From positions 1 to 34,066 of the forward strand of contig JAKQYE010000039.1 in assembly GCA_023356605.1 (NCBI GenBank): a DNA stretch of 34,066 bases. Direction: 5' to 3'. Positions 8,793-17,179 of this stretch are shown here, piece after piece. The notes below the pieces were generated by a model. That model did no database searches and was not told where the DNA came from. It saw only the letters and a list, made by a program, of their open reading frames with translations. Position 1 is the stretch's first letter. Every line of letters starts with the position of its first letter. The DNA is from Trichodesmium sp. MAG_R02. GTDB taxonomy: Bacteria; Cyanobacteriota; Cyanobacteriia; Cyanobacteriales; Microcoleaceae. The position numbers and the translations under genes were made by a program.

Positions 8793-8899
8793 TTACAGCG
8801 GTTTTCATTTTAGTAGACCACACTAGGGACCTTCCTAGGAACATCCTTACAAGGTTTTGGTTGTGACGATGTGGTTGCTCAATCTCAAAAGCACTGTCA
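8793..8899. repeat. Dispersed element copy 2 (shorter) carrying a degenerate GGGAC palindrome
   Basis: cagcggttttc...gtagaccacactagggaccttcctaggaacatcc...cgatgtggtt...caaaagcactgt. Collinear with 8467-8596 but lacks ~38 bp of its core. Confidence 0.7.
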
Positions 8900-8902
8900 T
8901 TA

Positions 8903-8995
8903 TATAGTCATTTTAATTTAGATTGAGACAATTATTTATTGCTATAACTAGGTTTTAGCAGAAAAAGTTTTCCATTCTGATTTGAAATAACTATA
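8903..8995. mobile_element. MITE family B copy 1 (93 bp, TIR TATAGTCATTT / AAATAACTATA)
   Basis: tatagtcattttaatttagattgagacaa...ctgatttgaaataactata. About 85 percent identical by eye to 10402-10494. Confidence 0.75.
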
Positions 8996-9130
8996 CTTAT
9001 TAAAGTTGTTTGAGCCGAGTAAATGCCGCGGTTCTGGGTAAGTCCTATAACAAAAAAAACCACCAAACAAGATATAAATCTCATCTAGTGGCCTAGCCAT
9101 AAGGAGTAACCATGGAAAAAAAAGAAAATT

Positions 9131-9331
9131 TTAGTCTAATCTTTTAGCTTCTATTGTTGTGGGTAACTTTTCTGGTTGGTCTTTAGGAATAGATAATTCC
9201 CAACCATTTCCTAAAGTTAAAATCTTATTGTCTCCCTCAATTTTTTGTGAGACAACCTCTTCTTCTAAGTCTTTTTTAGCAACATAAACTTCTAAGTTTC
9301 CTGCTTCATTATTGCGTAACATTACTTTCAT
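9131..9331 (-). CDS. nifT: NifT/FixU
   Basis: 66 aa: MKVMLRNNEAGNLEVYVAKKDLEEEVV...LGNGWELSIP...LPTTIEAKRL matches the NifT family pattern. The start overlaps the nifZ stop (TAATG). Confidence 0.85.
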   Translation of the reverse strand: MKVMLRNNEAGNLEVYVAKKDLEEEVVSQKIEGDNKILTLGNGWELSIPKDQPEKLPTTIEAKRLD

Positions 9332-9600
9332 TAGTAATTTTCCTCCACAAGTTCAATTTCATTTTTACGACAACCGATAACCATTCCTTTTTTGATGAAA
9401 TGTACCGAATAAATATAAAATTTTTGTAAGAAGGTACCGATGCCACAGATATAACCGACTTCTCCTCCCTCCAAAAGAACATCACCTCGGTTTTTTCCGG
9501 GAAAAGTACCATCGTTACGAACTAGTTTACAAACCCTAACTTTTTGTTCAAGTTCAAATGCAGGGGGTCCGTCTAATTCTATAAGTTCATCTGTTTTCAT
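9331..9600 (-). CDS. nifZ: NifZ
   Basis: 89 aa with FELEQKVRVCKLVRNDGTFPGKNRGDVLLEGGEVGYICGIG...IYSVHF...VIGCRKNEIELV, the NifZ domain signature. Confidence 0.85.
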   Translation of the reverse strand: MKTDELIELDGPPAFELEQKVRVCKLVRNDGTFPGKNRGDVLLEGGEVGYICGIGTFLQKFYIYSVHFIKKGMVIGCRKNEIELVEENY

Positions 9601-9833
9601 TTCGTTACCTCTCTAATACTGGATAAATGTGCTAGTTTTTCTACAATGTTTAATTGAAATAGATATAGCTGAAGTTAGAAGTCTACTCTCCGTATCCCCT
9701 GCTTCTCCCCATCTCCCCATCAAGGGAATACTTATGATTTTTTCAAATTATGAAAATAATACCTTACTTTAAATTATTACATATTCGTGTTTGGAAAAAA
9801 AGTAGCGATCGCTGCCATTTCAGTTATAAATTA

Positions 9834-9936
9834 CAGGACTTACGCAAAGAGACCCGGTTAAGACCGTAAATCATTCTTTTTAACACATAAATATCTAGGA
9901 GAAACCGGGTTTCTCAGTTTGCCTGCGTAAGTCCCG
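9834..9936. mobile_element. MITE family A copy 2
   Basis: caggacttacgcaaagagacccggtt...gcctgcgtaagtcccg. Confidence 0.85.
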
Positions 9937-9957
9937 TTGATATTGGATTAACCAATA

Positions 9958-10300
9958 CAGGCTCTAGCGCACAGCTCACTATTCCCTCGGCAGTAAATGC
10001 CTCTGGGAATTTCTTGTCTTAAATTTGAAGACTCCCATTGATATCGGCATTAATGACTATACCAGTTGCACTCCTGAATAAACCACGTTTGAGTCGTTTA
10101 CCCCCATAAGTTTTATGTTTAATTGGTGGCTATTGGTCAAGTGCAGAAGTTTTACTGGTGTAACTTTCTTCGGTTTCAATGACTTTGAACCCAGCTAGTT
10201 GACATTTATTAAGTTATCTGTTGAATTAGCTTATAGTGGGTTATTTGGGTAAAGTTTTGATTGTTTTTTTTACCTCGGACTACCTTGATTGAGTTTTCAT
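9958..10300 (-). pseudogene. tnpB: IS200/IS605-family TnpB (OrfB) C-terminal remnant
   Basis: The reverse strand translates to ...KKNNQNFTQITHYKLIQQIT (frameshift) KCQLAGFKVIETEESYTSKTSALDQ*PPIKHKTYGGKRLKRGLFRSATGIVINADINGSLQI*. This is the TnpB RuvC-III/zinc-finger region with in-frame stops and a frameshift. No N-terminal part is present. Confidence 0.7.
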
Positions 10301-10401
10301 CCATCGTCTTATTCGACTCTGTTGAGACCTACTTTATATCTTATACCACTTTTATACAAATAACAACAACTTCCTTCATTCTTCATTTTTAGTTCAACAG
10401 T

Positions 10402-10494
10402 TATAGTTATTTTAATTTAGATTCAGACAAGTATTTCTTCCTATAACTGAGTTTCAGCAGAAACAGTTTTTCATTCTTATTTGAAATGACTATA
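10402..10494. mobile_element. MITE family B copy 2
   Basis: tatagttattttaatttagattcagacaa...cttatttgaaatgactata. Confidence 0.75.
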
Positions 10495-10564
10495 ATTACC
10501 CTTTACTATGAAATCTTATTTCTCCGAGTCAAAGGAAAACTATTAATTACTTTAGCTATATATG

Positions 10565-10649
10565 TATAGCACTAAACAAATAAGGCGCGGATATTTATAA
10601 ATGCTTAAACTAACTCAGGGATTACTTCTAAGTCTGGCTTAGTGCTATA
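10565..10649. mobile_element. 85-bp TATAG-ended element with perfect 11-bp TIR (TATAGCACTAA / TTAGTGCTATA)
   Basis: The inverted termini were read directly. The interior is unrelated to family B. Confidence 0.6.
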
Positions 10650-10809
10650 AATCCCTTCCCCAGCAAATAGTCATAGATATAGGCTTTTTATCTGGGATAT
10701 GAAAACTGAGTGCTCTTAAAAAGGCAAACAGTTTGGGGATAATAGACAAGGATAAAGAAGGAAAAAGAGCATTAACATAGTGGCAAACACAAGGATATAG
10801 AATATTTAA

Positions 10810-10870
10810 TACAGTGTTTTTTTAGAAAAAAGCTCGAATACAGATTTACATCTGATTTGAAAACACTATA
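10810..10870. mobile_element. Short TATAG-type element (TIR TACAGTGTTTT / GAAAACACTATA)
   Basis: The right end ctgatttgaaaacactata parallels the family B right ends (ctgatttgaaataactata). Confidence 0.5.
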
Positions 10871-11141
10871 TATAATATCACCTCTTAGAAGATACTTAAG
10901 CAACTAACTTAGACATTTCTAGATTTAACCACTTAAATTACAGTTAGAGTATTTATCTTCATTAAACACTAGTTTGCCAATCAGGTAGCTTTTATTTAGG
11001 TAAATTTTATAATTTATCCTCTAACTCATTTACCTCCGAATTTCATTTTAGTTTTGTTAGAGATGGATTTCATGTATTAGAGAGGACAGCTTGTCTAATA
11101 GTGTAGTTTTTAAGCTATTAAACAGTTATTGTTTGATTAAG

Positions 11142-11399
11142 TCAATTCTCTAACCAATCAAAAATTTGCTGTAGTTGATGAATAGAAATCATACCAAACT
11201 GCCAGAGAACCATTGGTAGCGGACCACAAGAAATTTCGCTATGTTTCCGTGCTACAGAAATTGCTGCTGGGGAAAGAGCTAATTCTTCCTGCAGAAAATT
11301 AATTAATAGAGTATTGTTGCGATCGCCGTTCATAGTTACTATTCTTAAGCTTGAAACTACAGGTAATAGTTTAGGAAAAAACTCCATATCTATTACCAA
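11142..11399 (-). CDS. DUF2949-like small protein (nif-cluster associated)
   Basis: LINFLQEELALSPAAISVARKH...LPMVLWQFGMISIHQLQQIFDWLE matches my recollection of DUF2949. The true start is probably the internal Met at 11333 (63 aa). Confidence 0.6.
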   Translation of the reverse strand: MVIDMEFFPKLLPVVSSLRIVTMNGDRNNTLLINFLQEELALSPAAISVARKHSEISCGPLPMVLWQFGMISIHQLQQIFDWLEN

Positions 11400-11418
11400 T
11401 TAGCATTGTTCATTAAAA

Positions 11419-11697
11419 TCAATGGTTGTATTTAGGAAAAACTTCCATTTTCCAGCATCTTTCTAACCAGTCTACTAACTCTGCCCGGGGAGCAATAAAT
11501 TGCTTAATAGTACTTTGGAGCAGAATAGCATTGGTGGAATTATTGACTTCTACTAACAACTCACCATTGTCAGTACACCAACTATTAATCATTAGCTCTT
11601 GTAGACGATGGTGAATAAACCAGCGGTCTATTTGAGAAAGATTCACAATTTTAGTCAAATACTTGGGATGAGAGTGAGAATTATGATTACTAAACAT
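11419..11697 (-). CDS. Small conserved cyanobacterial protein (Asr1405/Asl0597-like)
   Basis: 92-aa ORF lying 7 nt after cysE. IDRWFIHHRLQELMINSWC...LVDWLERCW resembles small proteins seen in cyanobacterial nif neighbourhoods. The family name is from memory. Confidence 0.5.
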   Translation of the reverse strand: MFSNHNSHSHPKYLTKIVNLSQIDRWFIHHRLQELMINSWCTDNGELLVEVNNSTNAILLQSTIKQFIAPRAELVDWLERCWKMEVFPKYNH

Positions 11698-11704
11698 TGT
11701 TGTT

Positions 11705-12553
11705 TTACCTTGTATCGCTCATAATAGTTTGCAATTTTTCTTCTAGTTGCTCAATTCTGTCAACTAAAGCACGAATTACGGTAGCTTCTGTATCTGGTAA
11801 TTTTCCATGTTCTAGAACTTCAGCCCGTTGACCAGATTTCGATACGACTTTACCAGGTATACCGACAACGGTGCAGTCAGAAGGAACATGACGCAATACA
11901 ATAGAACCAGCTCCGATACGAACGTTATCACCAATGTTGATATTTCCTAGTACCTTGGCACCAGCACCAACTACAACATTTTTGCCAATAGTGGGATGTC
12001 GCTTACCAGTTTCTTTTCCTGTACCACCAAGAGTGACACCCTGATAAATTAATGAGTAATCTCCAACAATTGCTGTTTCACCAATAACCACTCCCATACC
12101 ATGATCAATAAATACTCCTTGTCCAATTTCTGCCCCTGGGTGAATTTCTATTCCTGTGAAGAACCGTCCCAAATGAGAAATCAAACGTGGAATTAAAGGT
12201 ACTCTCTGAGAGTACAATTTATGAGAAAGGCGGTGTAATAATAAAGCATGTAAACCAGGGTAGCAAAATAATACTTCCATCCAGTTCCGTGCTGCTGGAT
12301 CTCGCTCGAAAATTATCTGAAAATCTTTTAAGAGTGTACTTATTTTAGGAAAGGTAAAATATTTGTACCAAAATCTATGACAACCAGAGGAAGAAAGTTC
12401 TCTACCAAATTCTAATATGATATTTTCTGGAGAAAATTCGGCCTCAGGCTTTGGTGTGACTTGAGGCTTCAAGTTATCTTGGCATTTTTTCAAGGTAGAA
12501 TTATGACTTGTATTAGCTAGGGTGCAAGTATTGTCAGTCAGTAGAGTGGTCAT
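11705..12553 (-). CDS. cysE: Serine O-acetyltransferase (nif-associated CysE / NifP)
   Basis: Left-handed beta-helix hexapeptide repeats: GAEIGQGVFIDHGMGVVIGETAIVGDYSLIYQGVTLGG...RHPTIGKNVVVGAGAKVLGNINIGDNVRIGAGSIVL. The gene is divergent from nifB. Confidence 0.9.
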   Translation of the reverse strand: MTTLLTDNTCTLANTSHNSTLKKCQDNLKPQVTPKPEAEFSPENIILEFGRELSSSGCHRFWYKYFTFPKISTLLKDFQIIFERDPAARNWMEVLFCYPGLHALLLHRLSHKLYSQRVPLIPRLISHLGRFFTGIEIHPGAEIGQGVFIDHGMGVVIGETAIVGDYSLIYQGVTLGGTGKETGKRHPTIGKNVVVGAGAKVLGNINIGDNVRIGAGSIVLRHVPSDCTVVGIPGKVVSKSGQRAEVLEHGKLPDTEATVIRALVDRIEQLEEKLQTIMSDTR

Positions 12554-12696
12554 TTCAATTATCAGTTATCAAGTACCGGTGCCTCCAATAATAAGGAGGT
12601 TTGAAGCCTTATTTCTTGCTTATGGATCAAATAAGGTCTTGCTTAATGGATCAAATAAGGGATTTCGTGTTTGACAAGGATGTTTGCTTTTTAATG

Positions 12697-13506
12697 TTTA
12701 TATCAAGTGTATTGGAAATTATTAAGAAATATTTTCTGCTCAGTGTTTATTGAATTTATTAGATTTGTACTCAAAATTTTAAATCTTTGATTTAGAAGGT
12801 ATTACAGATATGTTTTAAATATATTTTGGGGTATATGTTCTAGTATTTTTATAGTATGCACGAGTATTTATTGAATAATGCACTAGCATTTTTGTACTCA
12901 AGGTTAATACTTTTATTTCAGGATGTTTTGGGGATTTTAAGTAGAGTTTTCTCTGAAATCAAAATTTGTACTCAACTTTAGTTGAATTCATAACTATAGT
13001 GAAAATTTCAAAAAAAAACTCAGAATCTATCTACTTAATTCTGAAAAAACTGCTAAGTTAATTACAGAAACTCCAAGTTTGGAGTTAAATGTTTAGTGAC
13101 CAATAGTGGAGTTGAGACTATATTTGTTAACTTAAGATTATTTTTGAATATTGTTTGTTCTAAACAATAGACAAAAACTGATAGATTGTATACAATAATG
13201 AAAGATTGAGTTAAAATAAAAGGTGTATGAGTACAGAGCTATGGATAAAAAATGATAGTTAAAAAGATAGTAAAATAATTGATATATATAAGTTATAGCA
13301 TGAGTACATAGTAGCATGTACCATTACCCCATAAATACATATACCCCACTTAAAAAATACAAGTACCTATACCCCAATAAAAAATTTTAGATATCCTCAT
13401 TTAATTTTAACCATTAAATTAGAAAGATTTGAGTACAAAATTAATAATAATAATAAATACTAACTGCGGTTTTTCAAAGGGTAAGTCTAAAAACCACTGA
13501 TATAAA
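12697..13506. promoter_or_regulatory. Mirror-symmetric bidirectional control region between cysE/nifP and nifB
   Basis: TGTACTCA at 12766, 12893 and 12967. TGAGTACA at 13228, 13301 and 13430. TTGGGGTAT at 12826-12834 against ATACCCCAA at 13369-13377. TTTATATCA at 12697-12705 against TGATATAAA at 13498-13506. All pairs are centred on ~13101. Confidence 0.6.
13498..13506 (+). promoter_or_regulatory. Extended -10-like element TGATATAAA upstream of nifB
   Basis: TGnTATAAA lies 137 nt upstream of the nifB ATG. An exact mirror copy (12697-12705, minus strand) lies 144 nt upstream of cysE. Confidence 0.4.
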
Positions 13507-13642
13507 AAATATAACACTATAACGCCGGACACCTAATTCACTGATGGAACACTGCCAATGTTCAGGTCAAGAGAAAAAGTGTATCGACGCGAGTAATCCG
13601 TCAACCACGGCGACAGCTAGTACAATACAAGTGGAAACTTAG

Positions 13643-15112
13643 ATGTTACAGCCAACAGAAGTATCTTCCAAGCCAACAGTCAACAGCTTCGCAAATATGA
13701 TAGCAACTCCAGAAAAAAAATCTGGTAATTGCGAATCAAAGGGTTGCGGAAGCAGTGAACAGGAAATTTCCCTCAGTATTCAAGAGCGTATTGCTAATCA
13801 TCCTTGCTATAGTCAAGACGCACATCATCATTATGCTAGGATGCATGCTCCAGTTGCACCAGCTTGCAATATTCAATGTAATTACTGTAACCGTAAATAC
13901 GATTGTGCAAATGAAAGTCGTCCTGGTGTAGTAAGTGAACTGCTAACTCCTGAAGAAGCAGCTCACAAAGCTCTAGTAATTGCTGGAAAAATTCCCCAAA
14001 TGACGGTTATGGGCATTGCTGGCCCTGGTGACCCATTAGCGAACCCAGAAAAAACATTCCGCACTTTTGAGCTTGTAGCTGAGAAAGCTCCAGATATCAA
14101 GCTTTGCTTGTCAACCAATGGTCTAGCTTTACCTGAGTATGTAGATCGGATTAAAGCGTTAAATATTGATCACGTCACTCTAACAATTAATATGGTTGAC
14201 CCTGAAATCGGGGTAAAGATTTATCCTTGGGTTCATTACAAGCGGAAACGCTATAAAGGAATTGAAGGGGTCAAAATTTTGCATCAAAAGCAAATGGAAT
14301 CTTTAGACTTACTCAGAGAAGCTGATGTTCTCTGCAAAGTTAATTCAGTGATGATTCCTGGTATTAATGACAAACATCTAGAAGAGGTGAACAGGGTTGT
14401 TCGCTCTAAGGGTGCATTTATCCATAATATCATGCCCCTAATTTCTTCACCAGAACATGGCACTTACTTTGGCTTAAATGGTCAGCGTGGTCCAACTACT
14501 GAAGAATTAAAAGTCTTACAGGATAAATGTGATGTTGGTGGTATGAAAATGATGCGCCACTGTCGTCAATGCCGTGCAGATGCAGTTGGTCTCCTAGGTG
14601 AAGACCGCAGTAAGGAATTCACAAAGGAAGCTGTTATGGATATGACTTCAGAGTATGACATACAAAAGCGTAAAGAATTTCATGCTGGAATTGAAGGTTT
14701 CCGCAGTAAACTAGCAAAAGCTAAGGCTTCAGATCCAACTACTGAGAAAGTTGAGGAAGCTGGTCCGCCAATACTATTGGCAGTAGCAAGTAAGGGCAAC
14801 GGATTAGTTAATCAACACTTTGGTCATGCTAAAGAGTTTATGATCTATGAAGTAGATGGTGTGAATGTTAAATTTATTGCTCACCGGAAAGTTGACCACT
14901 ATTGTCTAGGTGGTTATGGTGAAGAGGGAAGTCTGCAGAATATCATTAAGGCAATTTCTGATTGCAAAGCTGTTCTTGTTTCTAAAATTGGTGATAGTCC
15001 AAAGGAAAAGGTACATAATGCAGGAATAGAGGTAGTTGAGACTTATGATGTTATTGAAACAGTTGCTTTAGATTTTTACAAGCAATTCATTGGAGAACTA
15101 CAGCCAGTATAG
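13643..15112 (+). CDS. nifB: FeMo-cofactor biosynthesis radical-SAM protein NifB with C-terminal NifX-like domain
   Basis: [14 protein letters not shown] radical-SAM motif, HPCYS, and a C-terminal [17 protein letters not shown] NifX/NifB-type domain. Confidence 0.95.
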   Translation: MLQPTEVSSKPTVNSFANMIATPEKKSGNCESKGCGSSEQEISLSIQERIANHPCYSQDAHHHYARMHAPVAPACNIQCNYCNRKYDCANESRPGVVSELLTPEEAAHKALVIAGKIPQMTVMGIAGPGDPLANPEKTFRTFELVAEKAPDIKLCLSTNGLALPEYVDRIKALNIDHVTLTINMVDPEIGVKIYPWVHYKRKRYKGIEGVKILHQKQMESLDLLREADVLCKVNSVMIPGINDKHLEEVNRVVRSKGAFIHNIMPLISSPEHGTYFGLNGQRGPTTEELKVLQDKCDVGGMKMMRHCRQCRADAVGLLGEDRSKEFTKEAVMDMTSEYDIQKRKEFHAGIEGFRSKLAKAKASDPTTEKVEEAGPPILLAVASKGNGLVNQHFGHAKEFMIYEVDGVNVKFIAHRKVDHYCLGGYGEEGSLQNIIKAISDCKAVLVSKIGDSPKEKVHNAGIEVVETYDVIETVALDFYKQFIGELQPV

Positions 15113-15549
15113 GTAGTGAGTTAAACTATTACTAGCTAATGTATTTTCTGCAATCATTGTGTTTCCCAATGGTTCTAGTATCAAGTCTGGTACTATCGTT
15201 AGTTAATAAAATAAGGTGGTGATAATGGGAAAACACATTTTTCCCCTGAAGATAACTGCCTTCTACCTTTCTGCCACCAAAGTCTAATTGTTCAACCGGA
15301 CATAATGTGACAAGTTTATTTCTCAAAAAATGAGATTAAGCAGAGAAATTATTAGCTTTAGTGGTTTCTACTCTACTAGAAAAGATTCTTGCACTAACTT
15401 CAAGCTTCAATATCCAATGCATAAAAGCTAGTACAGTTAACCAGAAATAAACAATATCAAGATTTATGCACTCAAAATTCTTAAATATTTGACTACTGTT
15501 TTATCTGTGCTAGTTTTTACTTACAACCATCACCTAATTTTTTTAAGCC

Positions 15550-16752
15550 ATGGAACAAACTATTTATCTAGACAACAATGCTACTACTAAACTTGATCAG
15601 GCGGTTCTAGAGGAAATGCTGCCTTACCTGAATGAGTTTTATGGTAATCCCTCTAGTATGTATACTTTCGGTGGACAAGTTAGTAAGGCTTTGAAGAAGG
15701 CGCGATCGCGAGTTGCAGCTTTACTCAACGCTGAAGATACAGAAATTATTTTTACCAGTTGTGGTACTGAGGGTGATAATGCTGCTATTAGAGCTGCCAT
15801 TACTGCTCAACCTAATAAACGGCATATTATTACTACTCAGGTAGAACACCCAGCAGTTTTGAATGTTTGTAAGCATTTAGAGAAGCAGGGGTATACAGTT
15901 ACTTATCTATCAGTAGATAGCCAGGGAATGATAGATTTAACTGAACTCGAAGCTGCTATTACGGGTAATACTGCTTTAGTTTCAGTTATGTATGCCAATA
16001 ATGAAACAGGTGTGATTTTCCCCATTGAGAAAATTGGGCAGATAGCTAAGGAATATGGTGCGCTGTTCCATGTTGATGCAGTGCAGGCAGTAGGAAAACT
16101 ACCTTTGGATATGAAGAGTAGCACTATAGATATGCTAGCTTTGTCTGGTCATAAGTTGCATGCTCCTAAGGGTATTGCTGCTTTGTATGTGCGCCGTGGT
16201 ACTCGTTTCCGTCCGTTATTGATTGGGGGACATCAGGAACGGGGTCGCCGTGCGGGGACTGAAAATGTACCTAGTATTATTGCTCTGGGTAAAGCTTGTG
16301 AATTAGCACAAGAACATTTGGCGCATATCGACCAGGAACGGGAATTACGGGATTATTTGGAAAGTGGTATTTTGGCTACTATTCCTAATTGTGCTGTTAA
16401 TGGACATCCTATTCAGAGGTTGCCTAATACTACTAATATTGGCTTTAAGTATATTGAGGGAGAAGCGATATTGCTGCATTTGAACCATTATGGTATCTGT
16501 GCTTCTTCTGGTTCTGCTTGTACTTCTGGGTCTCTTGAACCTTCCCATGTTTTACGGGCAATGGGTCTGCCATATACAGTTTTACATGGCTCGATTCGTT
16601 TTTCTCTATCACGTTATACAACTCGCCAAGAAGTTGAGGAAGTTTTGGCAGTGATGCCGACCATAGCAGAACGTTTGCGTGCGTTATCTCCTTTCAAAAA
16701 TGATCAAGCTGATTGGCTGCAAGAACGACAACAGGCAACTGTGCTCTCCTAA
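15550..16752 (+). CDS. nifS: Cysteine desulfurase NifS
   Basis: 400 aa with IYLDNNATT, SGHKLHAPKGIAALYV (PLP lysine) and SSGSACTSG (active-site Cys). Confidence 0.93.
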   Translation: MEQTIYLDNNATTKLDQAVLEEMLPYLNEFYGNPSSMYTFGGQVSKALKKARSRVAALLNAEDTEIIFTSCGTEGDNAAIRAAITAQPNKRHIITTQVEHPAVLNVCKHLEKQGYTVTYLSVDSQGMIDLTELEAAITGNTALVSVMYANNETGVIFPIEKIGQIAKEYGALFHVDAVQAVGKLPLDMKSSTIDMLALSGHKLHAPKGIAALYVRRGTRFRPLLIGGHQERGRRAGTENVPSIIALGKACELAQEHLAHIDQERELRDYLESGILATIPNCAVNGHPIQRLPNTTNIGFKYIEGEAILLHLNHYGICASSGSACTSGSLEPSHVLRAMGLPYTVLHGSIRFSLSRYTTRQEVEEVLAVMPTIAERLRALSPFKNDQADWLQERQQATVLS

Positions 16753-17179
16753 ACTTTATAATGTTTTAAGGATTGCTATAATCTTGTTTCAGCTACATTT
16801 TGTAGTGAAAATCACAGAAAACCTTAGTTGATTGAGCAACAATTACTGAGAAAGTTAAAGAGGGGTATAAATCACACTATGAACTCACAATATTGTAGCA
16901 AATTCAACAAAAAAAATCTTGACTAACCTAGAAGATAAAAATATGATTTCTGGGGATGGTAAATGACTTTAATGCCAATAACTTGAAGTTATAAAATTTG
17001 AGGAAAAAAAAGGTAAAAAGGGGTTGCTTGATTCAAAAAAATGTGCAATACTAATAATATCAAGTCTAACCCACATCTTCAAATTAATAAGTTACTACTC
17101 TATTAATTGGGTATTAACCTTCAAGAAAAAGCAAAATTTTTCATCAGTAAAAACTAGGGGATTCTAAAAAATAAGGGCT

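Noticed and set aside
9834-10300. MITE copy 2 as the omega-RNA / right end of the adjacent tnpB remnant
   Set aside because: The MITE has perfect terminal inverted repeats and occurs four more times without tnpB. IS200/IS605 ends are not TIRs. The adjacency is more simply explained by clustering of insertions in a non-coding gap.
12554-13642. Canonical NtcA site (GTA-N8-TAC) in the nifB/cysE intergenic region
   Set aside because: The GTAC cores of the boxes give GTA...TAC pairs only at N5, N11 or N15 spacings. No GTA-N8-TAC was found by eye.
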